Positions 13,501 through 27,252 of a stretch of 64,000 nucleotides of DNA are shown in pieces. The notes beneath the pieces were generated by a model, which was not told the origin of the DNA, searched no databases, and worked only from the letters and a program-made list of their open reading frames with translations. The translations under genes and the position numbers were made by a program. The stretch spans positions 42,346,001-42,410,000 of the forward strand of contig OZ024742.1 of the NCBI GenBank assembly GCA_964016885.1, written 5' to 3'. Within the stretch, counting starts at the first letter, position 1. Each line of letters opens with the position of its first letter. The DNA comes from Eledone cirrhosa. Lineage: Eukaryota.

Positions 13501-16500
13501 GTTTTGGCTATAAGGCAGATATAGTTTGAGGGCTAATTGTCTTGGCTATAAGGCAGATATAGTTTATTTGAGGGGTAATTGTTTTGGCTGTAAGGCAGAT
13601 ATAGTTTATATTTGAGGGGTAATCGTCTTGGCTATAAGGCAGATATAGTTTATTTGAGGGGTAATTGTTTTGGCTATAAGGCAGATATAGTTTATATTTG
13701 AGGGGTAAGTTTATTTGAGGTGTAATTGTTTTGGCTATAAGGCAGATATAGTTTATTTGAGGGGTAAGTGTCTTGGCTATAAGGCAGATATAGTTTATTT
13801 GAGGGGTAATTGTCTTGGCTATAAGGCGGATATAGTTTATTTGAGGCGTAATTGTCTTGGCTATAAGGCAGATATAGTTTATTTGAGGGGTAATTGTCTT
13901 GGCTATAAGGCAGACATAGTTTATTTGAGGGGTAAGTGTCTTGGCTATAAGGCAGATATAGTTTATTTTTGGGGTAAGTGTCTTGGCTATAAGGCAGATA
14001 TAGTTTATTTGAGGGGTAATTGTCTTGGCTATAAGGCAGATATAGTTTATTTGAGGGGTAATTGTTTTGGCTATAAGGCAGATATAGTTTATATTTGAGG
14101 GGTAATTGTTTTGACTATAAGGCAGATATAGTTTATTTGAGGGGTAATTGTCTTGGCTATAAGGCAGATATAGTTTATTTGAGTGCTAATTGTCTTGGCT
14201 ATAAGGCAGATATAGTTTATTTGAGTGCTAATTGTCTTGGCTAGAAGGCAGATATAGTTTATTTGAGGAGTAATTATCTTGGCTATAAGGCAGATATAGT
14301 TTATTTGAGGGGTAATTGTCTTGGCTATAAGGCAGATATAGTTTATTGGAGCGGTAATTGTTTTGCCTATAAGGCAGATATAGTTTATTTGAGGGGTAAT
14401 TGTCTTGGCTATAAGGCAGATATAGTTTATTTGAGGGGTAATTGTCTTGGCTATATGGCAGATATAGTTTATTTGAGGAGTAATTGTCCTGTCTATAAGG
14501 CAGATATAGTTTATTTGAGGGGTAATTGTTTTGGCTATAAGGCAGATATAGTTTATTTGAGGAGTAATTGTCTTGGCTATAAGGCAGATATAGTTTATTT
14601 GAGGTATAATTGTTTTGGCTATAAGGCAGATATAGTTTATTTGAGGGGTAATTGTCTTGTCTATAAGGCAGATATAGTTTATTTGAGGAGTAATTGTCTT
14701 GGCTATAAGGCAGATATAGTTTATTTGAGGAGTAATTGTCTTGGCTATAAGGCATATATAGTTTATTTGAGGAGTAATTGTCTTGGCTATAAGGCAGATA
14801 TAGTTTATATTTGAGGTGTAATTGTTTTGCCAATAAGGCAGATAGTTCATTTGAGGGGTAATTGTCTTGGCTATAAGGCAGATATAGTTTATTTGAGGGG
14901 TAATTGTCTTGGCTATAAGGCATATATAGTTTATTTGAGGGGTAAGTGTCTTGGCTATAAGGCAGATATAGTTTATTTGAGGGGTAATTGTCTTGGCTAT
15001 AAGGCAGATATAGTTTGAGGGCTAATTGTCTTGGCTATAAGGCAGATATAGTTTATTTGAGGGGTAATTGTTTTGGCTGTAAGGCAGATATAGTTTATAT
15101 TTGAGGGGTAATCGTCTTGGCTATAAGGCAGATATAGTTTATTTGAGGGGTAATTGTTTTGGCTATAAGGCAGATATAGTTTATATTTGAGGGGTAAGTT
15201 TATTTGAGGTGTAATTGTTTTGGCTATAAGGCAGATATAGTTTATTTGAGGGGTAAGTGTCTTGGCTATAAGGCAGATATAGTTTATTTGAGGCGTAATT
15301 GTCTTGGCTATAAGGCAGATATAGTTTATTTGAGGGGTAATTGTCTTGGCTATAAGGCAGACATAGTTTATTTGAGGGGTAATTGTCTTGGCTATAAGGC
15401 GGATATAGTTTATTTGAGGGATAATTGTCTTGGCTATAAGGCAGACATAGTTTATTTGAGGGGTAATTGTTTTGGCTATAAGGCAGATATAATTTATTTG
15501 AGGGGTAATTGTCTTGGCTATAAGGCAGATATAATTTATTTGAGGGGTAATTGTCTTGGCTATAAGGCAGATATAATTTATTTGAGGGGTAATTGTTTTG
15601 GCTATAAGGCAGATATAGTTTATTTGAGGGGTAATTGTCTTGGCTATAAGGCAGACATAGTTTATTTGAGGGGTAATTGTTTTGGCTATAAGGCAGATAT
15701 AGTTTATTTGAGGGGTAAGTGTCTTGGCTATAAGGCAGATATAGTTCATTTGAGGGGTAATTGTCTTGGCTATAAGGCAGACATAGTTTATTTGAGGGGT
15801 AAGTGTCTTGGCTATAAGGCAGATATAGTTTATTTGAGGGGTAAGTGTCTTGGCTATAACGCAGATATAGTTTATTTGAGGGGTAAGTGTCTTGGCTATA
15901 ACGCAGATATAGTTTATTTGAGGGGTAAGTGTCTTGGCTATAAGGCGGATATAGTTTGAGGGGTAATTGTCTTGGCTATAAGGCAGATATAGTTTATTTG
16001 AGGGGTAAGTGTCTTGGCTATAACGCAGATATAGTTTATTTGAGGGGTAAGTGTCTTGGCTATAACGCAGATATAGTTTATTTGAAGGGTAATTGTCTTG
16101 GCTATAAGGCGGATATAGTTTATTTGAGGCGTAATTGTCTTGGCTATAAGGCAGATATAGTTTATTTGAGGGGTAATTGTCTTGGCTATAAGGCAGACAT
16201 AGTTTATTTGAGGGGTAAGTGTCTTGGCTATAAGGCAGATATAGTTTATTTTTGGGGTAAGTGTCTTGGCTATAAGGCAGATATAGTTTATTTGAGGGGT
16301 AATTGTCTTGGCTATAAGGCAGATATAGTTTATTTGAGGGGTAATTGTTTTGGCTATAAGGCAGATATAGTTTATATTTGAGGGGTAATTGTTTTGACTA
16401 TAAGGCAGATATAGTTTATTTGAGGGGTAATTGTCTTGGCTATAAGGCAGATATAGTTTATTTGAAGGGTAATTGTCTTGGCTATAAGGCAGATATAGTT

Positions 16501-19500
16501 TATTTGAGGGGTAATTGTTTTGGCTATAAGGCAGATATAGTTTATTTGAGGAGTAATTGTCTTGGCTATAAGGCAGATATAGTTTATTTGAGGGGTAAGT
16601 GTCTTGGCTATAAGGCAGATATAGTTTATTTGAGGGGTAATTGTTTTGGCTATAAGGCAGATATAGTTTATTTGAGGGGTAATTGTTTTGGCTATAACGC
16701 AGATATAGTTTATTTGAGTGCTAATTGTCTTGGCTATAAGGCAGATATAGTTTATTTGAGGGGTAATTGTTTTGGCTATAACGCAGATATAGTTTATTTG
16801 AGGGGTAATTGTCTTGGCTATAAGGCAGATATAGTTTATTTGAGGGGTAATTGTTTTGGCTATAACGCAGATATAGTTTATTTGAGTGCTAATTGTCTTG
16901 GCTATAAGGCAGATATAGTTTATTTGAGGGGTAATTGTCTTGGCTATAAGGCAGATATAGTTTATTTGAGGGGTAATTGTCTTGGCTATAAGGCAGATAT
17001 AGTTTATTTGAGGGGTAATTGTTTTGGCTATAAGGCAGATATAGTTTATTTGAGGAGTAATTGTTTTGGCTATAAGGCAGATATAGTTTATTTGAGGAGT
17101 AATTGTCTTGGCTATAAGGCAGATATAGTTCATTTAAGGGGTAATTGTTTTGGCTATAAGGCAGATATAGTTTATTTGAGGGGTAAGTGTCTTGGCTATA
17201 ACGCAGATATAGTTTATTTGAGGGGTAATTGTTTTGGCAATAAGGCAGATAGTTCATTTGAGGGGTAATTGTCTTGGCTATAAGGCAGATATAGTTTATT
17301 TGAGGGGTAATTGTCTTGGCTATAAGGCAGATATAGTTTATTTGAGGGGTAATTGTCTTGGCCATAAGGCAGATATAGTTTATTTGAGCAGTAATTGTTT
17401 TGGCTATAAGGCAGATATAGTTTATTTGAGGGATAATTGTCTTGGCTATAAGGCAGATATAATTTATTTGAGGGGTAATTGTCTTGGCTATAAGGCAGAT
17501 ATAGTTTATTTGAGGGGTAATTGTCTTGGCTATAAGGCAGATATAGTTTATTTGAGGGGTAATTGTTTTGGCTATAAGGCAGATATAGTTTATTTGAGGG
17601 GTAATTGTCTTGGCTATAAGGCAGATATAGTTTATTTGAGGAGTAATTGTTTTGGCTATAAGGCAGATATAGTTTATTTGAGGAGTAATTGTCTTGTCTA
17701 TAAGGCAGATATAGTTTATTTGAGGGGTAATTGTCTTGGCTATAAGGCAGATATAGTTTATTTGAGGGGTAATTGTTTTGGCTATAAGGCAGATACAGTT
17801 TATTTGAGGGGTAATTGTTTTGGCTATAAGGCAGATATAGTTTATTTGAGGGCTATAAGGCAGATATAGTTTATTTGAGGGGTAATTGTCTTGGCTATAA
17901 GGCAGATATAGTTTATTTGAGGGGTAATTGTCTTGGCTATATGGCAGATATAGTTTATTTGAGGAGTAATTGTCCTGTCTATAAGGCAGATATAGTTTAT
18001 TTGAGGGGTAATTGTTTTGGCTATAAGGCAGATATAGTTTATTTGAGGAGTAATTGTCTTGGCTATAAGGCAGATATAGTTTATTTGAGGTATAATTGTT
18101 TTGGCTATAAGGCAGATATAGTTTATTTGAGGGGTAATTGTCTTGTCTATAAGGCAGATATAGTTTATTTGAGGAGTAATTGTCTTGGCTATAAGGCAGA
18201 TATAGTTTATTTGAGGAGTAATTGTCTTGGCTATAAGGCATATATAGTTTATTTGAGGAGTAATTGTCTTGGCTATAAGGCAGATATAGTTTATATTTGA
18301 GGTGTAATTGTTTTGCCAATAAGGCAGATAGTTCATTTGAGGGGTAATTGTCTTGGCTATAAGGCAGATATAGTTTATTTGAGGGGTAATTGTCTTGGCT
18401 ATAAGGCATATATAGTTTATTTGAGGGGTAAGTGTCTTGGCTATAAGGCAGATATAGTTTATTTGAGGGGTAATTGTCTTGGCTATAAGGCAGATATAGT
18501 TTGAGGGCTAATTGTCTTGGCTATAAGGCAGATATAGTTTATTTGAGGGGTAATTGTTTTGGCTGTAAGGCAGATATAGTTTATATTTGAGGGGTAATCG
18601 TCTTGGCTATAAGGCAGATATAGTTTATTTGAGGGGTAATTGTTTTGGCTATAAGGCAGATATAGTTTATATTTGAGGGGTAAGTTTATTTGAGGTGTAA
18701 TTGTTTTGGCTATAAGGCAGATATAGTTTATTTGAGGGGTAAGTGTCTTGGCTATAAGGCAGATATAGTTTATTTGAGGCGTAATTGTCTTGGCTATAAG
18801 GCAGATATAGTTTATTTGAGGGGTAATTGTCTTGGCTATAAGGCAGACATAGTTTATTTGAGGGGTAATTGTCTTGGCTATAAGGCGGATATAGTTTATT
18901 TGAGGGATAATTGTCTTGGCTATAAGGCAGACATAGTTTATTTGAGGGGTAATTGTTTTGGCTATAAGGCAGATATAATTTATTTGAGGGGTAATTGTCT
19001 TGGCTATAAGGCAGATATAATTTATTTGAGGGGTAATTGTCTTGGCTATAAGGCAGATATAATTTATTTGAGGGGTAATTGTTTTGGCTATAAGGCAGAT
19101 ATAGTTTATTTGAGGGGTAATTGTCTTGGCTATAAGGCAGACATAGTTTATTTGAGGGGTAATTGTTTTGGCTATAAGGCAGATATAGTTTATTTGAGGG
19201 GTAAGTGTCTTGGCTATAAGGCAGATATAGTTCATTTGAGGGGTAATTGTCTTGGCTATAAGGCAGACATAGTTTATTTGAGGGGTAAGTGTCTTGGCTA
19301 TAAGGCAGATATAGTTTATTTGAGGGGTAAGTGTCTTGGCTATAACGCAGATATAGTTTATTTGAGGGGTAAGTGTCTTGGCTATAACGCAGATATAGTT
19401 TATTTGAGGGGTAAGTGTCTTGGCTATAAGGCGGATATAGTTTGAGGGGTAATTGTCTTGGCTATAAGGCAGATATAGTTTATTTGAGGGGTAAGTGTCT

Positions 19501-22045
19501 TGGCTATAACGCAGATATAGTTTATTTGAGGGGTAAGTGTCTTGGCTATAACGCAGATATAGTTTATTTGAAGGGTAATTGTCTTGGCTATAAGGCGGAT
19601 ATAGTTTATTTGAGGCGTAATTGTCTTGGCTATAAGGCAGATATAGTTTATTTGAGGGGTAATTGTCTTGGCTATAAGGCAGACATAGTTTATTTGAGGG
19701 GTAAGTGTCTTGGCTATAAGGCAGATATAGTTTATTTTTGGGGTAAGTGTCTTGGCTATAAGGCAGATATAGTTTATTTGAGGGGTAATTGTCTTGGCTA
19801 TAAGGCAGATATAGTTTATTTGAGGGGTAATTGTTTTGGCTATAAGGCAGATATAGTTTATATTTGAGGGGTAATTGTTTTGACTATAAGGCAGATATAG
19901 TTTATTTGAGGGGTAATTGTCTTGGCTATAAGGCAGATATAGTTTATTTGAAGGGTAATTGTCTTGGCTATAAGGCAGATATAGTTTATTTGAGGGGTAA
20001 TTGTTTTGGCTATAAGGCAGATATAGTTTATTTGAGGAGTAATTGTCTTGGCTATAAGGCAGATATAGTTTATTTGAGGGGTAAGTGTCTTGGCTATAAG
20101 GCAGATATAGTTTATTTGAGGGGTAATTGTTTTGGCTATAAGGCAGATATAGTTTATTTGAGGGGTAATTGTTTTGGCTATAACGCAGATATAGTTTATT
20201 TGAGTGCTAATTGTCTTGGCTATAAGGCAGATATAGTTTATTTGAGGGGTAATTGTTTTGGCTATAACGCAGATATAGTTTATTTGAGGGGTAATTGTCT
20301 TGGCTATAAGGCAGATATAGTTTATTTGAGGGGTAATTGTTTTGGCTATAACGCAGATATAGTTTATTTGAGTGCTAATTGTCTTGGCTATAAGGCAGAT
20401 ATAGTTTATTTGAGGGGTAATTGTCTTGGCTATAAGGCAGATATAGTTTATTTGAGGGGTAATTGTCTTGGCTATAAGGCAGATATAGTTTATTTGAGGG
20501 GTAATTGTTTTGGCTATAAGGCAGATATAGTTTATTTGAGGAGTAATTGTTTTGGCTATAAGGCAGATATAGTTTATTTGAGGAGTAATTGTCTTGGCTA
20601 TAAGGCAGATATAGTTCATTTAAGGGGTAATTGTTTTGGCTATAAGGCAGATATAGTTTATTTGAGGGGTAAGTGTCTTGGCTATAACGCAGATATAGTT
20701 TATTTGAGGGGTAATTGTTTTGGCAATAAGGCAGATAGTTCATTTGAGGGGTAATTGTCTTGGCTATAAGGCAGATATAGTTTATTTGAGGGGTAATTGT
20801 CTTGGCTATAAGGCAGATATAGTTTATTTGAGGGGTAATTGTCTTGGCCATAAGGCAGATATAGTTTATTTGAGCAGTAATTGTTTTGGCTATAAGGCAG
20901 ATATAGTTTATTTGAGGGATAATTGTCTTGGCTATAAGGCAGATATAATTTATTTGAGGGGTAATTGTCTTGGCTATAAGGCAGATATAGTTTATTTGAG
21001 GGGTAATTGTCTTGGCTATAAGGCAGATATAGTTTATTTGAGGGGTAATTGTTTTGGCTATAAGGCAGATATAGTTTATTTGAGGGGTAATTGTCTTGGC
21101 TATAAGGCAGATATAGTTTATTTGAGGAGTAATTGTTTTGGCTATAAGGCAGATATAGTTTATTTGAGGAGTAATTGTCTTGTCTATAAGGCAGATATAG
21201 TTTATTTGAGGGGTAATTGTCTTGGCTATAAGGCAGATATAGTTTATTTGAGGGGTAATTGTTTTGGCTATAAGGCAGATACAGTTTATTTGAGGGGTAA
21301 TTGTTTTGGCTATAAGGCAGATATAGTTTATTTGAGGGCTATAAGGCAGATATAGTTTATTTGAGGGGTAATTGTCTTGGCTATAAGGCAGATATAGTTT
21401 ATTTGAGGGATAATTGTCTTGGCTATAAGGCAGATATAATTTATTTGAGGGGTAATTGTCTTGGCTATAAGGCAGATATAGTTTATTTGAGGGGTAATTG
21501 TCTTGGCTATAAGGCAGATATAGTTTATTTGAGGGGTAATTGTTTTGGCTATAAGGCAGATATAGTTTATTTGAGGGGTAATTGTCTTGGCTATAAGGCA
21601 GATATAGTTTATTTGAGGAGTAATTGTTTTGGCTATAAGGCAGATATAGTTTATTTGAGGAGTAATTGTCTTGTCTATAAGGCAGATATAGTTTATTTGA
21701 GGGGTAATTGTCTTGGCTATAAGGCAGATATAGTTTATTTGAGGGGTAATTGTTTTGGCTATAAGGCAGATATAGTTTATTTGAGGGGTAATTGTTTCGG
21801 CTATAAGGCAGATATAGTTTATTTGAGGGCTATAAGGCAGATATAGTTTATTTGAGGGGTAATTGTCTTGGCTATAAGGCAGATATAGTTTATTTGAGGG
21901 GTAATTGTCTTGGCTATAAGGCAGATATAGTTTATTTGAGGGGTAATTGTCTTGGCTATAAGGCAGATATAGTTTATTTGAGGGGTAATTGTCTTGGCCA
22001 TAAGGCAGATATAGTTTATTTGAAGGGCAATTGTTTTAGCTACAG
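4571..22045. repeat. 42-bp tandem satellite, ~415 units, intronic
   Basis: Consensus GGCTATAAGGCAGATATAGTTTATTTGAGGGGTAATTGTCTT repeated head-to-tail. Variant units recur with periods of 336, 1008, 1489, 3486 and 4692 bp, visible as offsets between identical ORF-track entries. Confidence 0.99.
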
Positions 22046-23345
22046 ACACACAGTGCATTGATGGTGACAGGCAGATACCAATGGTTGACCTCTTGCCTGG
22101 TTATCTTGCTTGTCCTCAATGTATCATCATCATGATCAGTTAAGTCGACTTTCCACGCTGGGAAGGGTTACTATGGTTTGAAACCAATGGGTCAAAACAA
22201 CGTGTCTTGTCTGTTATGTTTCATATTTAGCATGATTTCTATAACTGGATGCCCTTCCTAATGCCAAAAAAAAAAAGTCTTGATGGTTTTCTCACTTGTA
22301 AATAAAAATTAACAAAAGAGTCTCTATATGTGACTGCTTTCCCTACTAAAAAGATTAGCCAAACATTCCTTAAATTGCATTCTGTTGTCTTAAAAAACAA
22401 GAATACATTGGATAATGTAGTTTTGAAAAAGGCTGGGTTGGTCATTGCTGGGATACCTTTAATCATTGGTATGCTCATTCAGGGCCAATCTGGAGCTGAA
22501 CAACAGCAACTAAAGAATGTTCCAATATCAAAAAAATTGTGTAGATCTTTAAAACACAATGTTGAGTATTTGTTATAAAAGTTTTATTGTTGTTTATTCC
22601 TGGTTATTCCTTTTTGAACAGATATATGCCACAATACTGTCTGATGTCACTCACTTACCCAAAGGTCACCTCACACCTCCCTCACATAACAGGCAGCCAA
22701 AACCTCACTCTTGTCCCCTCACCCACTCCCTATCACCATCATCTCAACCCAGTCAATGATACAATTGGGCTAGTGTTGAAATGTGGTAGTGCTGGTACTA
22801 CAATAAAATGCACTCAAAACTCAGCCCACACTGGGAGGTGGAAGTGCTGGTGCCATGAGAAAAGCACCTTGTCTACCCTGTTAGGTTATAGTTTTGCTAC
22901 CATGAGAAAACAAAACTCAGTACATGCTGCGAAGTGGTTGGCATTAGGAAGGGCATCCAGCCATAGAAACCATGCCAAAATGGAAAGTATGAGACACAGT
23001 TGTCTGAGCTACCTGTATAACTTCATAGTGACAACCTGTCTAACTCATGCAAACATAGAAAAAAGATGTTAAACAGTGATGGTGGTGATATGATCAAAGG
23101 TGTGACCAACTTGCTTTTCTCCAAAGCAGTGTGAAACTAGGACTTTCATATCCAATGAGTCCTTCCTTCTCAAGATAGTAGGTTACAATTTGAAGGAGAT
23201 TTAACAAATTCTCACTGGTTCAACACTCATGTAGAAGTTCTCTAGTTAGATTTATTTTACTTTGCAGGTTATTTAAATTTTCCAATTTCAGTATTTATAA
23301 GAGTAAACTCTGATATTCTGATGCTTGCTCCAACTTTCTTTACAG

Positions 23346-23483
23346 CAAGAATACCTATCAACGGAACAAGTGCTTATGCTGTTTCTAAAAGTGCCATTGT
23401 TGCCTTCTCAGACATTCTACGCCTAGAAATGAAAAAATGGGATGTGAATGTTTCCATTATTGAGCCACTTGGATTTCAAACCA
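23346..23483 (+). CDS. SDR9C-family dehydrogenase, penultimate coding exon (catalytic YxxxK)
   Basis: Acceptor ttctttacag|, phase-compatible with the previous exon, ARIPINGTSAYAVSKSAIVAFSDILRLEMKKWDVNVSIIEPLGFQT, donor a|gtaagt. Confidence 0.92.
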
Positions 23484-23611
23484 GTAAGTTTTTCTTTTCT
23501 TTATTCTACTTTCTACTTGCAACAAATCTGAAAATAATTTGAATTGTAATTAAATGAAACTAGGCATTAAGTGTAACATTTTTCTCATTTTCTCTCTATC
23601 TTTTTTTTTCA

Positions 23612-23930
23612 TCTTGGGTTACCACAATCCATTATGTTCTTCTTTAACACTCTTGTTTCTTGGGTTACCACAATCCACTGTGTTCTTCTTTAACACTCTT
23701 GTTTCTTGGGTTACCACAATCCACTGTGTTCTTCTTTAACACTCTTGTTTCTTGGGTTACCACAGTCCACTGTGTTGGTGTTTATCCATCCTGTTACTTA
23801 GGTTACCTCAGTCCATTGTCATCATTTTATGTCCGCTCATGTTTCTTGGGTTACCACAGTCCACTGTGTTGGTCTTTAACCATCCCGTTGGGTTAACACA
23901 ATCCAATGTGTTGGCGTTTAACCTCATGTT
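23612..23930. repeat. 46-bp minisatellite (~7 copies, decaying toward 3')
   Basis: TCTTGGGTTACCACAATCCACTGTGTTCTTCTTTAACACTCTTGTT in tandem. Confidence 0.9.
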
Positions 23931-24472
23931 TCTCTGAAATTAGGCATTTGGCAGTTTCTAGATTATGCTAATTATTCATGCCTATGGCTGTCACTGGACC
24001 AGGCTATGTGTTGCGTCCTTCATCAAAACACTTTATTTCACATTGCTCCAGTTCGCTCAGCTATAGAACAGAGTTGTGAAAGGCAAACTGTATCAGCCTT
24101 TGCCTTTCTCTTGGACAAAATTAGGTTAATAGATAGGCAACTTTACTGTTTAGAAAACTTGAGTTCTATTTTAGTTTTGGGGACGGCAGGGAAGGTCGAT
24201 TAAATCGACCCCAGTGCATTACTGGTACTTTATTTTATCGACTCCATAAGGATAAAAGGGAAAGCAACCGTGACAGGATTTGAACTAAGATTGTAACGGT
24301 CGTAACGCTATGCCATAATGATTGTTGTCCGACGCTCAATTGAAATAACATAATAGAAAATGAAAAAAAAAAATCATTTGGAAACAATGGCCATTAAATT
24401 GTGTAATAAGGGAGATAACTTAGCTATCTTTGCTGCTGGAAATGTTTAATTTTACTACTCTTTTCTTTGCAG

Positions 24473-24828
24473 ACAACTTCAATGAACAAGTTTTAGAAAG
24501 TCGACTCCAAGAAATTTGGGACTCTCTAGACGAAGAATGCCAGTTAGTTTATGGAAAAAGATATCTTGAAGACCTTTACAATTCATACAAAGAGTTATTG
24601 CCGAAGATCCCTACTGATTTCTCTCCTGTAGTTCAGGCTGTTTCTGGTGCTCTTCTCTCAAAGAACCCACGTGAACGCTACCCTTGCAGCCAAGGAGCAG
24701 ATATTCTTACAAGTATATACAGCATTCTACCTATAAGGCTTGCTGACAAAATATCAAAGTTAGTATCAGTGATTCCCAAAAACTCAAGACCAGTTGCACT
24801 GGAGCCATCCTCTCACCTCGTACCCTAG
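24473..24828 (+). CDS. SDR9C-family dehydrogenase, last coding exon
   Basis: Acceptor ttttctttgcag|, phase 1, WDSLDEECQLVYGKRY...PVVQAVSGALLSKNPRERYP typical of RDH/BDH1-like C-termini, stop TAG ending at 24828. Confidence 0.9.
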
Positions 24829-25229
24829 TGGGCCTATTCTTTAAATGAGAGACCAAAAAAAAAAAAAAAAAAACTTTTTGCTCTGTTGACTGTAACATAC
24901 GGCTGTGTCTGTTGTGTGATGAAACGTTTTGGCATTGGTTGACAATATTTTTGATGTTCACACATGGTCAAATTCATTTTAGAAATTGCTAATGTGCGTT
25001 TGTGGTTAGTTTATGAATTTGAAAGAGAATCGTTTAGCTTATAATTATTGTATCAAAGATCAAATTATAATGTGGCCAATTCGCTATTGATCATTTACCA
25101 TTAATCATCATGGGACTGAATTCTTCTGTATGAGCATTAGACAATATCTCTCATTGAATTAACTCTGCTGTGATATATATTTTAAGTCTTTATATCATAT
25201 CTGTGAGTTTGTATTATTCTTTCCTGTAT

Positions 25230-25590
25230 AAATGTATATGTATATACATATGAATGTATGTGTGTATACATATGAATATATGTGTATATACATATGAATA
25301 TATGTGTATATACATATGAATATATGTGTGTATACATATGAATGTATGTGTGTATACATATGAATTTATGTGTGTATACATATGAATGTATGTGTGTATA
25401 CATATGAATGTATGTGTGTATACATATGAATGTATGTGTATACATATGAATGTATGTGTGTATACATATGAATATATGTGTGTATACATATGAATGTATG
25501 TGTATACATATGAATGTATGTGTGTATACATATGAATGTATGTGTGTATACATATGAATGTATGTGTGTATACATATGAATGTATGTGTT
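25230..25590. repeat. 20-22-bp TA/TG-derived minisatellite
   Basis: TACATATGAATGTATGTGTGTA in tandem. Confidence 0.92.
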
Positions 25591-26454
25591 TGAAAATGTT
25601 TGTGAGAAGTGTCGTACAACAAACAAATGTATCAGAGATCACAGTTACAGCCTGGTAACATTGAAAATGTCATTAACTTTTAAAGACATGTTATATCATG
25701 ATATAAAATGATAAAATAATAGTAATATATTTTTAATAGGTTGACATTTTAAAATGTTATACTAATTGTAATACACATCAATTTTCTCCAGTTTACGAAG
25801 TATTATTTGAAATTATTGTTTCCATATTTCTACATACCTCTCTCTCTTTCTCTTCCTGTCTTTATTCTCTGGCTTTAACTGTGAAAGAATAACTGTCAGT
25901 TATTATTGGTGCCAATAATGTTCCTCTCGTTCTTGGACCCTTTTCGTATCAAATGAAGCAATCTTCAGTGAGAGATTCTGTCTCTTATGCATTCCTGTCT
26001 CCATCCATCTTACTATCATTCATCCCATGAAACTAAACCTTCACTCTCCTTGCAAGTGATTCTTGAGATATGGGTGAAAAAAATCCCGCACAATCTATTT
26101 ATTTTAAATCTTAAACTTTTTTTTCGTTTTTTTTTTTTCTTATGACCAAATGAACAAATGTAATTATCCCACCCCTTCGATACAAAACAAAACAAAAATA
26201 AACAACAAAAAAACAAAACAAGTGACAACTTTAAACATCACTTGGTTAATGATCTAATTTATTTTATTTTTCTAATCTTAGCAATGTTTATTATTTACTC
26301 CCCAACCCCACCTACTTCATAAGTATTGGTAATATTGTTTCAGTAAGTATTCAACTCATTGATATTTGTTATTATATTTTTCTCCATTTACTTTGATTTC
26401 TAATAAAATAATGATGATAATAATTGTACTAAATTCTTCATTTGAATTAATGTG

Positions 26455-26715
26455 AATGTAAGGGTAAAGACCCCCCTTCGGTCGTGAATACCCATGGAAT
26501 TTGCACTTAGAAAGTTTCCCTCCATGGCACAAGTCCAGGCAAGGTTGTTTGTGGAAGACCAGTAGTCGCCCATGCATACCAATCTCCCCTCTCCACGCCA
26601 CCGATGATGTCCAAGGAAAAGGCAATGGCTGATATAGCTTGACACCAGTGACGCCACAACTCATTTCTACAGCTGAGTAAACTGGAGCAACGTGAAATAA
26701 AGTGTCTTGTTCAAG
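26455..26715 (-). mobile_element. Second SINE family (conserved central domain); degraded copy at ~23960-24120 on +
   Basis: CAAGACACTTTATTTCACGTTGCTCCAGTTTACTCAGCTGTAGAAATGAGT on -, matched by 24025-24075 on +. Confidence 0.65.
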
Positions 26716-27252
26716 ATCAAGATCACAATGCAAAGCCTCAACAAGAAAATCTCCCACATACACATCAACTGGGGAATGCACAATCCAAATTTAATACAAG
26801 AAATAAACCAAGTGACATGCAAACACTACCAAACAAAACGAAACACAAAATTTAAATGCCTACTCCGCAGTAATACAGAAGACCCCCCCCCCTCCCTTAC
26901 CTTGTGCACGAACTTAAACTTACTCAGTAGGCACCTCTTAAACCAATATACTCGACACCACCCGTATTCTGTAAAGTTATGTTGGTACCACAAAACATCC
27001 AGCCAACACTGTAGAAAACCAGCCAGAAACAGTCCTATACAAGTGAGACACAGTCACCCAAACGAACTTGCCTCAAACCTGTCTAACCAATGCTAGCATG
27101 GAAGATAGACGTTAAACGATGATGATGATATTCTCTCGCACTCCTGTTGTTAACACGGCTTCAGAACTTATGTTCGGCCATGGGAATTAACTTAATGAGC
27201 AGGAATTGTCGTTCTGTTTGTGTTTTCACCCACGTTTTCTGAATATATATAT

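Noticed and set aside
4571-22045. CRISPR-like array or repeat-protein gene
   Set aside because: There are no unique spacers. The ORFs arise because 42 is divisible by 3, they are broken by indel units, and the array lies in a canonical GT-AG intron.
25182-25642. His/Tyr/Ile-rich ORFs (also at 55124-55529, 60842-61123 and 62640-63038)
   Set aside because: These are translations of TA/TG simple repeats.
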